Below, one piece after another: positions 1-8,958 of a stretch of DNA of 64,000 nt. The DNA is from Patescibacteria group bacterium. Its GTDB lineage: Archaea; Nanobdellota; Nanobdellia; Pacearchaeales; GW2011-AR1. Below the pieces are notes generated by a model. The model saw only the letters and a list, made by a program, of their open reading frames with translations. It was not told where the DNA came from and made no database searches. The stretch is from NCBI GenBank assembly GCA_019428815.1, contig JAHYJW010000003.1:20617-84616 (forward strand). Direction: 5' to 3'. A program made the position numbers and the translations under genes. Within the stretch, counting starts at the first letter, position 1; the number at the start of each line of letters is the position of its first letter.

Positions 1-704
1 TGTCTTTTTAGTCTGTTTTCAACAAGAGTCTTTCCTATTCCATCTTGGGGTATGACGCCTTTAAACTTAAACTCTATACTTTTGTAAATATTATAAACAA
101 TCGTTGATTTCCACGAATATTCAGGAGTTAAGCTAAAAGTATAACTCTCTGTTCTATCAAATTCACTTTCATTAAAGGGTTGCCATGCGCTTTTTCTACT
201 TAATCTGAACAATACATCGTTGGCTCCAGTTAAAATAATAATTAAATCAGGTTCATAATAATCCGGAAGATATTTTAGTGCAAGAAGGTTATTTCTAAGA
301 CCGTGTCCACTCTTTCCAATATTCATTGTAATAACCTTTTTACCTTCAACAGTTTCACCTAACGCTCCCATTAGAAGATAAGGCCACGTTTCTTTATCAT
401 CCAAATACAAACATTCAGAGGTGCTTCCCCCAAGAATTAGAATCCTGTATTCATCTTCATGATCTTCAATCATATCCCCCCTGTATCCAAAACTGTTAAT
501 TGTAAAATGAGATGTCCCACTAATTCCATTAAAAATATTAGTATCGGGATTAAACACATACTGAAAATTTGGAGGCCAAACATAAGAATAATCTATTTTA
601 GAGATCTTTTTATAATTGAGATATTCAAAAAAGGTTAAACCTAAACTGACTGTAATAAAGACGATAATAAAATATACCCCCATTACTTTTATCTTATTTT
701 CCAT
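1..704 (-). CDS. SGNH/GDSL-family hydrolase, partial (C-terminus runs off the window start)
   Basis: Not in the ORF track because it is open at the edge. My reverse-strand translation from the ATG at 704-702 gives MENKIKVMGVYFIIVFITVSLG (TM helix). It then shows ILILGGSTSE (block I Ser) and IIILTGANDV (GxND block III). Confidence 0.55.
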   Translation of the reverse strand, partial: MENKIKVMGVYFIIVFITVSLGLTFFEYLNYKKISKIDYSYVWPPNFQYVFNPDTNIFNGISGTSHFTINSFGYRGDMIEDHEDEYRILILGGSTSECLYLDDKETWPYLLMGALGETVEGKKVITMNIGKSGHGLRNNLLALKYLPDYYEPDLIIILTGANDVLFRLSRKSAWQPFNESEFDRTESYTFSLTPEYSWKSTIVYNIYKSIEFKFKGVIPQDGIGKTLVENRLKR

Positions 705-839
705 TTATTCTCTTATTGTAAATAATAAAAATTATATTTTAAAACTTACTGTTTAAATTTGGTTAGAAAACAAATATCAATAAACAATTTATTCTTTTTT
801 GTAGGAGATACCTGTAATTCCAGGTAAAAGTCTGATGCC

Positions 840-1589
840 CTACGATTCATCAACTATAGCTATACACTTTTTAAGGGTGTTTATCTCTAAATCATTCTCT
901 TCCGCACATTCTAACAACTTGATAAAATCTTCTTTAGAAATATCCCAAAATAAAGGATTATTTTGAACTTTGTGAAAAACAAAAATCAACAACTTGTTTC
1001 TTGCTTTTGCTTCTTTTATTCTTTCACAGACTTCTTCCATTTTAGATTCAGAATAAATTGGTTGAGCATTGTAAACATTTCCATTTGAATTAAGAATGTA
1101 ATTATCTCTTACTATTTCATAATATTTATTAGCCTCTAAGAGGGTCTCTTCACTATAATTACTAAAGGGAAATGAAAAAGAGGTAATCTCCAAACCCCTA
1201 CTTTCTAAATTTTGTTTTGATTCTTTTAACTCTCTTACAACTTCTTCTGGAGACAAACTTGTAAAAAGAGGGTGGGTTAAAGAATGGCTACCTATCTCAA
1301 AACCTTCATTTTGCATTTCTAAAATTTTATCATCCGTTAGGATAAGGTCCCCTCGCCAAGAGGTGATATTCGCAATTATGAAAAAGGTTGCTTTGTGCCC
1401 TCTTTCTTTGAGAATCATAAAAACTTCGTCGTAATGGTTTTCTACACCATCATCAAATGTTAATGCAAGACACGCATGCCCAGAATGAAGTTCTGCTGAT
1501 TTGTCAAAAGTATAAATGAAATATGGAACAAGAGGGATCATTACTATTAGAATAATAATAGGTATTAACAATACTCTCTTTTTTAACAT
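840..1589 (-). CDS. polysaccharide deacetylase (NodB homology / CE4)
   Basis: 249-aa ORF with an N-terminal TM helix. It carries the NodB motifs LTFDDG and HSLTHP. Confidence 0.85.
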   Translation of the reverse strand: MLKKRVLLIPIIILIVMIPLVPYFIYTFDKSAELHSGHACLALTFDDGVENHYDEVFMILKERGHKATFFIIANITSWRGDLILTDDKILEMQNEGFEIGSHSLTHPLFTSLSPEEVVRELKESKQNLESRGLEITSFSFPFSNYSEETLLEANKYYEIVRDNYILNSNGNVYNAQPIYSESKMEEVCERIKEAKARNKLLIFVFHKVQNNPLFWDISKEDFIKLLECAEENDLEINTLKKCIAIVDES

Positions 1590-1838
1590 TTATGATTATA
1601 AAAAAGAGGTAGTTATAATCTTTGCTATTAACAAGGAGATGATTAAAAAAAGTTAAACTTTTAAATGAACTCTTGTTATGAGATTTATGAAAATATTAAA
1701 ATTAATAGGTTTTTTATTTACCTCTATTATTTTTACAACAATCTTATTTTTTGTATTAAATATCAAATTTTCTTTATCTATTCCGTATGTTATTTTAATA
1801 AGTATTTCTTTAATGATGTTAGGAGGACTTATAAAAAA

Positions 1839-2084
1839 ATGGCTAAAATAAAACAATTTTTTAACGAATTAACGGAGGGAAGTAAAATGTTCGGAGAATT
1901 AATTTCAGAAGTTGTAAATTTGGTGTTACTTTCTTTTGTTTATTTCATAGGTGTTGGTTTAACGTCCATTTTTGCAAAAATCTCTGGAAAAAGGTTTATT
2001 GATGACAAAACTACTAAAGAAAGCTACTGGGAAGAATTAAATTTAACTACTCAACCACTTAAAGAGTATTACAGACAATTTTAA
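1839..2084 (+). CDS. SxtJ-like small membrane protein
   Basis: Track ORF 1665-2084 trimmed: AGGAGG at 1821-1826 precedes ATG 1839 (MAKIKQFFNELTEGSKMFGEL..., 81 aa, one TM). It ends 1 nt before the carbamoyltransferase, the usual position for SxtJ-like proteins. Confidence 0.55.
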   Translation: MAKIKQFFNELTEGSKMFGELISEVVNLVLLSFVYFIGVGLTSIFAKISGKRFIDDKTTKESYWEELNLTTQPLKEYYRQF

Positions 2085-2085
2085 A

Positions 2086-3846
2086 ATGAATATACTCGGA
2101 ATCTCTTGTTACTACCATGACTCTTCAGCTGCTTTGCTCAAAGATGGGAAAATTGTTGCGGCCGCACAAGAAGAAAGATTCACAAGAAAGAAGCATGATA
2201 CTTCTTTTCCAATCAATTCAGTAGAATATTGTCTCAAAAGTCAAAATTTAACAATTAAAGACATAGATTATATTGCCTTTTATGAAAAACCTTTTTTAAA
2301 GTTTGAAAGATTATTGTATCAACATCTTCAATATTTCCCAAAAAGTTATAAAGTTTTTCTTTCAAATATTCCTTCTTGGTTTAATGAAAAATTAAGAGTA
2401 TTAAAGGCCGTTAAAAAGAAATTAAAATATAAGAAGAGTGTTCTCTTTGTAGAACATCATATGGCTCACGCCGCGGGAGCATTTTTTCCTAGTCCGTTTG
2501 AAAAGTCAGCTATAATAACAATAGATGGTGTTGGGGAATGGACCACCACTTCTTATGGAATTGGAGAAAAAAATAGAATAATCTTAAACAAACACATAAA
2601 CTTCCCAGCATCGTTGGGTTTATTATATTCTACAATAACTGCTTACTTGGGATTTAGTGTTAATAACTCTGAGTATAAAGTAATGGGATTAGCTCCATAC
2701 GGGGATATGAATAGGAAAACAAACTCTTATTATACTAAGTTAAAGAAGGTCATTGATATAAAAGAGGATGGAAGTTACAAATTAGATATGAACTATTTTA
2801 CGTATTCATACAAAAACAAAATGCCTTCTAGAAAATTATGTAATCTCCTTGAGGGGGGTATACGAAATCCAGAGGAGGAAATTACTCCAAGGCATAAAAA
2901 TATCGCAGCTGCACTCCAGTTAATTTATGAAGATGCATTCTTCAAAATTGCAAATCATGTTTACAAAGAATCTAAATGTGAAAATCTGGTTATCGCAGGA
3001 GGTTGTGCATTGAATAGTGTTGCCAATGGAAAGATTCTAAAGAATTCACACTTCAAAAAAATTTGGTCTCAACCTGATCCTGGAGATGGGGGAACAAGCA
3101 TAGGTGCATCACTTTTTGTTTGGAATGCTTTGTTGAATAAAAAAAGGGATTATGTTTTAGAAAATGCTTATTTAGGACCAGGATATTATGATGATGGAAT
3201 AAGGAACTTTCTAGAAAATAACTCAATTAAATTTTCTGAATTTAAAAATGAAAAAGAACTTATTAAGTCTGTATCAAAATTAATTTTTGAGGATAAGGTT
3301 ATTGGGTGGTTTCAGGGAAGAATGGAGTGGGGGCCAAGAGCTTTAGGAAGCAGGAGTATATTATCTAACCCCACAAACCCCAAAATGCAAGAAATCTTAA
3401 ATTTAAAAGTAAAACATAGAGAGAAATTCAGGCCATTTGCACCAGTAGTTTGTGAAGACGACGCATTAAAATATTTTGATTGTGATATCCCCATCCCAAG
3501 ACCAACAGACTTTATGTTAATGGTCTATCCGATAAAAAAAGAGTGGCATAAAAAAATTCCTTCAGTAACCCATGTTGACGGAAGTGGAAGGTTACAAACC
3601 ATAAGGAAAAAAGATAACCCTCTTTATTACAACCTAATAAAAGAATTCGGAAATTTGAGTAAGATACCTATTTTGATTAACACTTCTTTTAATATTCGGG
3701 GGGAACCAATTGTGTGTACACCAAAAGATGCTTATCGATGTATGATGGGGACAGGTATAGACTATTTAGTTATGGAAAAGTTTTTGATTAAGAGAGAAGA
3801 TAACCCAAAAGATATTTGGGATAGTGAAGCATTAGCAAAAGATTAA
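2086..3846 (+). CDS. carbamoyltransferase (NodU/CmcH family)
   Basis: 586 aa. The N-terminus MNILGISCYYHDSSAALLKDGKIVAAAQEERFTRKKHD and the length are typical of NodU/CmcH O-carbamoyltransferases. Confidence 0.9.
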   Translation: MNILGISCYYHDSSAALLKDGKIVAAAQEERFTRKKHDTSFPINSVEYCLKSQNLTIKDIDYIAFYEKPFLKFERLLYQHLQYFPKSYKVFLSNIPSWFNEKLRVLKAVKKKLKYKKSVLFVEHHMAHAAGAFFPSPFEKSAIITIDGVGEWTTTSYGIGEKNRIILNKHINFPASLGLLYSTITAYLGFSVNNSEYKVMGLAPYGDMNRKTNSYYTKLKKVIDIKEDGSYKLDMNYFTYSYKNKMPSRKLCNLLEGGIRNPEEEITPRHKNIAAALQLIYEDAFFKIANHVYKESKCENLVIAGGCALNSVANGKILKNSHFKKIWSQPDPGDGGTSIGASLFVWNALLNKKRDYVLENAYLGPGYYDDGIRNFLENNSIKFSEFKNEKELIKSVSKLIFEDKVIGWFQGRMEWGPRALGSRSILSNPTNPKMQEILNLKVKHREKFRPFAPVVCEDDALKYFDCDIPIPRPTDFMLMVYPIKKEWHKKIPSVTHVDGSGRLQTIRKKDNPLYYNLIKEFGNLSKIPILINTSFNIRGEPIVCTPKDAYRCMMGTGIDYLVMEKFLIKREDNPKDIWDSEALAKD

Positions 3847-3886
3847 AATGCATCATATTTATAAATAATAAAACGATTATTTTAGA

Positions 3887-4048
3887 ATGGAAAGAAATAG
3901 AGGTTTACTTTCTGAAGTTTGGGATTTTTTAAAAGTAAGGAAAAAATGGTGGCTTTTGCCAATTATAATCTTATTAATACTGGCAGGGGCATTAATAATC
4001 TTTGGTCAAAGTAGCGCATTATCTCCTTTCATTTATGCACTTGGATAA
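3887..4048 (+). CDS. small membrane protein (DUF5989-like) following the carbamoyltransferase
   Basis: Unlisted ORF (53 aa, below the track cutoff), my translation: MERNRGLLSEVWDFLKVRKKWWLLPIIILLILAGALIIFGQSSALSPFIYALG. The family name is from memory of similar tails in carbamoyltransferase loci. Confidence 0.5.
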   Translation: MERNRGLLSEVWDFLKVRKKWWLLPIIILLILAGALIIFGQSSALSPFIYALG

Positions 4049-4184
4049 ACTAATTTCTTTTTCTAAATATTTTCTTATTTGATTCCTAGATTTTTAATTT
4101 AGAAGAGGAATTTATTTAAGACATTAATTAGAATTAAACAAGGGTTATCTTTTATTTTTTAATTAAACTTTATTAGAAGTCAGT

Positions 4185-4194
4185 TTTATAAATA
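4185..4194 (+). promoter_or_regulatory. TATA-box-like element, implies a leaderless transcript for the Pop5 gene
   Basis: TTTATAAATA is centred about 25 nt upstream of ATG 4214, and there is no Shine-Dalgarno sequence between them. Confidence 0.4.
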
Positions 4195-4213
4195 AGCAGT
4201 ACTTAAACAGTTT

Positions 4214-4504
4214 ATGAAGCCTTTAAAACCTAGTCTCCGAGAAAAGAAGAGATACTTGCTCGTAGAGGGTAAAACTGAAGATATAGAAAAAGCCATTTTA
4301 GAAGGGATAGGGGTTTTAGGGATGTCTAAAATTGGGCTGAGTTTTATAAAAAGTAATAAAAATTCAGTCATTAAAGATAAAAAAAGTACTATTGTTTCTA
4401 TAAATAGAGATTCTGTTAATTTTGTAAGGGCATCTTTTGCAATTTGGCCAGAAAAAATAAATGTTAAGAAAATTAGTGGGTCAATTAAAGGTCTTGAAAA
4501 ATAA
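4214..4504 (+). CDS. rnp2: RNase P protein component 2 (Pop5 homolog)
   Basis: LKPSLREKKRYLLVE at the N-terminus and ISGSIKGL at the C-terminus match archaeal Pop5. It sits first in the exosome/proteasome superoperon, as in other archaea. Confidence 0.8.
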   Translation: MKPLKPSLREKKRYLLVEGKTEDIEKAILEGIGVLGMSKIGLSFIKSNKNSVIKDKKSTIVSINRDSVNFVRASFAIWPEKINVKKISGSIKGLEK

Positions 4505-4722
4505 AGCAAAAGAGATTTAGGGAAATAAAAGGGGCTTATTTTTAAAGATTTTAAGATTATTTAACGCGGTTTAATTAAAACGGGGCCTAATTTTAACAAA
4601 TTTTCTATACCAAAAACCTTTTAAATAATTCAAATTTTAGAAATCAAGGTGAGATAAGGAAAAGTAAATTGGAGGATTAAGGAATTTTAGAGTGATTATA
4701 AATTTCTCCCAAAAAGAATACA

Positions 4723-5448
4723 ATGGAAATGTCAATGGATATGCAACATCAAGCAATGGGTTATGACAGAACAGCGACGATGTTTTCTCCTGAAGGACAC
4801 TTACTTCAAGTAGAATACGCTGAAAAAACTGTAAGGCTCGGAAGCTCAAGTATAGGAATGGTTTGTTCTGACGGAGTTTTTATACTAGCAGATAAAAGAA
4901 TAAAAGATAAACTTATAGTTCCAGATTCTGCGCATAAGATTTATGAGATAGATTCTCACATTATTTTAAGTGTTGCAGGGATTGTTTCAGATGCAAGAAT
5001 ACTCATTGAAAAAGCCCAAGTGACTGCACAACAGCACAGAATGATTTATGACTCCCCAATTGAACCAGAGTTAGTAATAAAAGAAATTTCAAATATAAAA
5101 CAACAATTCACACAGTATGGGGGAGCTAGGCCTTTTGGAGTTTCAACTATGCTTGCGGGTATGAGGGATAAGAATCCAGAATTATATACAAGTGATATTA
5201 CAGGAAACTATTTCTCTTATTATGCAAATGCTATCGGTGAAAATGATGAAAAATTAAGAGAAAAATTACGCGAGAAGCATAACCCTGCAAATGATATCAA
5301 AAAAAATGTTAAGATTGCATTAGAGATCTATAAAGAGGTTTATGGAAAAGATTTTGATATAGACAAGTTTGAGTTAGTCTATCTTAAAAAAGATGGGACA
5401 AAACTAAAAAGAATAATCAAAGAAGAATTAAAGGAGTATAGTAAGTAA
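4723..5448 (+). CDS. psmA: proteasome subunit alpha
   Basis: The YDRTATMFSPEGHLLQVEYAEK signature is present, in a 241-aa ORF. Confidence 0.9.
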   Translation: MEMSMDMQHQAMGYDRTATMFSPEGHLLQVEYAEKTVRLGSSSIGMVCSDGVFILADKRIKDKLIVPDSAHKIYEIDSHIILSVAGIVSDARILIEKAQVTAQQHRMIYDSPIEPELVIKEISNIKQQFTQYGGARPFGVSTMLAGMRDKNPELYTSDITGNYFSYYANAIGENDEKLREKLREKHNPANDIKKNVKIALEIYKEVYGKDFDIDKFELVYLKKDGTKLKRIIKEELKEYSK

Positions 5449-5497
5449 TCTAGAGGAGTTCATCATAGGTTATAAAAAACATTAATCTCGATTAAAA

Positions 5498-6181
5498 ATG
5501 ACACAAACGACTGCACGTATAAAAAGAAAAGGAAAAGACTTTGAAATTATTGTTGATTTGGATAAATCTATCGCATTTAAAAAAGGAGAATCATCTGAAA
5601 AAGATTTCCTTGAGGTAGAGGTTATTTATTCTGATTCAAAAAAGGGTTTTAAAGCTTCAGACAAGGATTTAGAAGAATCTTTTGGAACTAAAGATCCAGA
5701 AGAGATCGCAATTAAGATAATCAAAGAGGGGGAGATTCTTTTAACACAGGACTATAGAGATGAAGAAAAGGAGAAAAAGGTTAAACAAATCGTGGACTAT
5801 ATTGTGACCCATGCTATAGACCCCCAAACAGGAAATCCCCATACACCCGAAAGAATTAAAAATGCTTTAGAACAAACTCATATCAACATAAAAAATGTTC
5901 CAGTAGAAAATCAGATAAAAGAGATTGTTGAAAAAATAAACAAGCTCTTACCTATAAAACTAGAAACAAAAAGAATAAAAATAGTAATCCCCGCAGCTTA
6001 TACAGGAAAGGCTTATGGATTATTGTCTACATATAAAGAAAAAGAAAAATGGTTAAATAATGGAGATTTAGAAGTTATAGTTTCTGTACCTGCAGGAACT
6101 CAGCTGTTTTCTTTTTACGACAAGTTAAATTCATTAACCCACGGTTCTGTAATAACCGAGGAAGTAAAAGAAGAAGAATAA
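5498..6181 (+). CDS. SBDS/Sdo1-family ribosome maturation protein
   Basis: ARIKRKGKDFEIIVD at the N-terminus, 227 aa. It occupies the conserved position between psmA and rrp4. Confidence 0.8.
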   Translation: MTQTTARIKRKGKDFEIIVDLDKSIAFKKGESSEKDFLEVEVIYSDSKKGFKASDKDLEESFGTKDPEEIAIKIIKEGEILLTQDYRDEEKEKKVKQIVDYIVTHAIDPQTGNPHTPERIKNALEQTHINIKNVPVENQIKEIVEKINKLLPIKLETKRIKIVIPAAYTGKAYGLLSTYKEKEKWLNNGDLEVIVSVPAGTQLFSFYDKLNSLTHGSVITEEVKEEE

Positions 6182-6228
6182 AAATTAAGAAAATTAAAAA
6201 ATAAAATAAAATAAAATAAAACTACACC

Positions 6229-6915
6229 ATGAGTGATAAAATGGAAAGACAAATTGTAATCCCCGGCGAGGTTATTGCTAAAGGTGAAAATTACCTTCCA
6301 GGGTCAGGAACTGAAAAAATAGGAGATGAAATAGTTTCAACAAAATATGGATTGGCAGAATTATCTGATAGACTAATAAAAGTAATTTCTTTATCAGGGA
6401 TATATCAACCAAGAAAAGGGAATGTTGTAATTGGGAAGGTTGAGAATATAACCTTTTATGGATGGGTTATTAGTTTAGATGCTCCTGAGACTTCCTTTTT
6501 GCCATTACAAGAAATACCAAGATATGTTAATAAAGGAGATTTAAGTGAAGTTCTCGATATCGGGGATATGATTGTCGCTAAAATTCTTGATGTTACAAGT
6601 AGAGGTATCGATTTAACAATGAAATCAAGAGGACTTGAAAAGATAAATGAAGGAATAATTGTTAAGATTAACTCAAATAAAGTTCCAAGAATAATTGGAA
6701 AAGAGGGGAGTATGATAAACCTTATTAAAAAAGGATCTGGATGTGAAATTACAGTTGGTCAAAATGGACTGATTTGGATAAAAGGAAAGAATATTGAAGA
6801 TGAGCTTCTTGTTAAAAGAGCAATAAACTTTGTATCTGAAAAGTCTTTTACTAATGGATTAACTGAAGAAGTAAAAAAATGGTTTGAAAATGAAGGTAAA
6901 CCAATTAATGAATAA
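6229..6915 (+). CDS. rrp4: exosome RNA-binding subunit Rrp4 (S1 + KH)
   Basis: S1-like region (GNVVIGKVENITFYGWVISL) and KH region (PRIIGKEGSMINLIKK). It lies immediately upstream of rrp41. Confidence 0.85.
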   Translation: MSDKMERQIVIPGEVIAKGENYLPGSGTEKIGDEIVSTKYGLAELSDRLIKVISLSGIYQPRKGNVVIGKVENITFYGWVISLDAPETSFLPLQEIPRYVNKGDLSEVLDIGDMIVAKILDVTSRGIDLTMKSRGLEKINEGIIVKINSNKVPRIIGKEGSMINLIKKGSGCEITVGQNGLIWIKGKNIEDELLVKRAINFVSEKSFTNGLTEEVKKWFENEGKPINE

Positions 6916-6951
6916 ACATCTTATAAAATTAAATATATACACAAAATAAAA

Positions 6952-7647
6952 ATGACTTTTAAAAGATCAGACGGAAGGGGAATAGAAGAAATGAGGCCTA
7001 TAAAGGCAGAAGTTGGAGTTGTTCCAAATGCAGATGGGTCTGCAATTTTTTCTTTTGGTAAAACTGTTGCAATAGCTGCAGTTTATGGACCAAGAAAAAT
7101 GCATCCACAACATCAACAAGATCCTGAAAAGGGAAAACTTAGGTGTAACTATAACATGTTAAGTTTTTCTGTTGATGATAGGATTAGGCCAGGACCAAGC
7201 AGAAGAAGTACAGAGATAAGTAAGATTACAGAGTGGGCATTAGAACCTGTTCTTTTAATAGAAAAGTATCCTAACCTAGTTATTGATGTTCATATAAATA
7301 TCCTTCAAGCAGATGCGTCTACTCGATGTGCGGGAATTAATGCTGCAGCATTAGCTTTAGCTCATGCAGGTATTCCCATGAAAAATTTAGTATCTAGTGT
7401 ATCGATTGGAAAATTAGACAAACAGCTGGTTGTAGATGTAGATAAAGAGGAAGAAGATTTTGAAGAAGGTGAAGGTTCAACAGATATCCCCATAACTATG
7501 ACCCCCGAGGGGGACATAACCCATATTCAATTAGATGGTAAGATAAGCATAGAAGAATTAAAAGAAGTCGTTCAACTTGCTAAAAAATCAGTTAAAAAAA
7601 TTTATGAGGTTCAAAAAAAGGCTTTGAAAGAGTCTGTAAAATTATAA
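6952..7647 (+). CDS. rrp41: exosome exonuclease Rrp41 (RNase PH fold)
   Basis: RSDGRGIEEMRPIKAEVGVVPNADGSA and the DASTRCAGINAAALALAHAGIPM motifs. Confidence 0.9.
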   Translation: MTFKRSDGRGIEEMRPIKAEVGVVPNADGSAIFSFGKTVAIAAVYGPRKMHPQHQQDPEKGKLRCNYNMLSFSVDDRIRPGPSRRSTEISKITEWALEPVLLIEKYPNLVIDVHINILQADASTRCAGINAAALALAHAGIPMKNLVSSVSIGKLDKQLVVDVDKEEEDFEEGEGSTDIPITMTPEGDITHIQLDGKISIEELKEVVQLAKKSVKKIYEVQKKALKESVKL

Positions 7648-7655
7648 AAATTAAA

Positions 7656-8453
7656 ATGGAAACTGCAAAAGTAACTGGAGAAAGAATCAAGAGTTATCTA
7701 TCTACTGGAAAGAGATTCGATGGAAGAAAGCAAGATGAATTCAGGGATATAACTATAGAGACAGGAATATCAGAAAAAGCAGAAGGTTCTGCAAGAGTTA
7801 AAATAGGAAACACCGAGGTTATTGTTGGAGTTAAACTAAGTGTTTCAGAACCTTACCCAGATTCTCCAAATAAAGGGAATTTAATGGTTACTTCAGAATT
7901 ATTACCCTTAAGTTCAGAGAGGTTTGAAAGTGGGCCTCCAAAATTTCCCGCAATTGAACTAGGGAGATTGATAGACAGAGCAATAAGAGAAAGTAAGTTC
8001 ATAAATCTTGAAAAGTTATGTATCAAAGAAGGGGAAAAAGTCTGGTCTGTTTTTATAGACATCTATTCAATTAATTATGATGGAAATTTAATAGATGCTG
8101 CAGGAATTGGAGCGATTCTCTCTTTAAAGACTGCTTATTTACCTAAATATGATCAAGAAAATGAGAAGGTTCTTTATGGAGAACACACTGATCAAAAAAT
8201 TCCTTTATCTGAAGAGCTACCAATTGTGATAACTTCACATAAAATTGGGGGGAATATTATTGTAGATCCTACAATTGAAGAAGAGGATGTGAGTGAAACA
8301 AGAATTACCATAGGAGGGTCTGTTGAAGGAAAATTATTTTCAATACAAAAAGGTGGCATAAAAGAGATAACCGTTGAAGAGATGGATAAACTTCTTGAAA
8401 TGAATGATAATGCAAGAAAAAAAGTTTATTCGCAAATTAAAAAATATCTATAA
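7656..8453 (+). CDS. rrp42: exosome subunit Rrp42
   Basis: RFDGRKQDEFRDITIETGISEKAEGSARVKIGNTEV, an RNase PH-like fold. It follows rrp41. Confidence 0.85.
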   Translation: METAKVTGERIKSYLSTGKRFDGRKQDEFRDITIETGISEKAEGSARVKIGNTEVIVGVKLSVSEPYPDSPNKGNLMVTSELLPLSSERFESGPPKFPAIELGRLIDRAIRESKFINLEKLCIKEGEKVWSVFIDIYSINYDGNLIDAAGIGAILSLKTAYLPKYDQENEKVLYGEHTDQKIPLSEELPIVITSHKIGGNIIVDPTIEEEDVSETRITIGGSVEGKLFSIQKGGIKEITVEEMDKLLEMNDNARKKVYSQIKKYL

Positions 8454-8489
8454 ATTAAAAAAAAGGATTTTAGTTAAAAAATAAAAAAG

Positions 8490-8888
8490 ATGTCAGATAA
8501 AAAATTTTCTGAAATAGAAAAATTTAGTAAATATGAGGTTGCTAGAATTTTAGGAGCAAGAGCTTTACAAATTTCAATGAATTCTCCTTTACTGATTAAG
8601 ATTACTAAAGAAGATTTAGAAAGAATAAATTATGATTCTCTAAAATTAGCAGAAATTGAATTAGAATCCGGAGCTTTACCAATTTCTGTAAAAAGGCCAT
8701 TTCCTCAAAAGAAAGATGAAAAATTAAAAAGAGTAAAAGAAGAAAAAGTTAATGAAGAAAGTTTAAAAAAGAATTTTACCGAGGAGGAAGAGGAAATTGC
8801 AAAAGAAGGGGAGATTATGGAATTAGTAAATCCTACTGATGAAAATGATGAAGAAGAATCCGAAGAAGATGCTAGCGAAAGAGAATAA
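8490..8888 (+). CDS. rpoK: RNA polymerase subunit K (Rpb6 homolog) with an acidic C-terminal extension
   Basis: SKYEVARILGARALQISMNSPLL core. After about aa 72 comes a K/E/D-rich tail not expected in the roughly 60-aa canonical RpoK. Confidence 0.75.
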   Translation: MSDKKFSEIEKFSKYEVARILGARALQISMNSPLLIKITKEDLERINYDSLKLAEIELESGALPISVKRPFPQKKDEKLKRVKEEKVNEESLKKNFTEEEEEIAKEGEIMELVNPTDENDEEESEEDASERE

Positions 8889-8958
8889 AAAATAATTTTA
8901 GTTTACAAAATAAATTCTTATCAATAAGATATATAAACCATTTTTTATTTTTTAATAG

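Noticed and set aside
1665-1838. The N-terminal 58 codons of track ORF 1665-2084, and an alternative 57-aa F/I/L-rich ORF at 1678-1851.
   Set aside because: T-rich promoter-like DNA yields hydrophobic ORFs by chance, and neither has an SD. The strong AGGAGG at 1821-1826 points to ATG 1839 as the real start. The 57-aa ORF cannot be excluded but is unsupported.
4186-4509. 107-aa minus-strand ORF.
   Set aside because: It is antisense to the Pop5 gene, which has clear family motifs.
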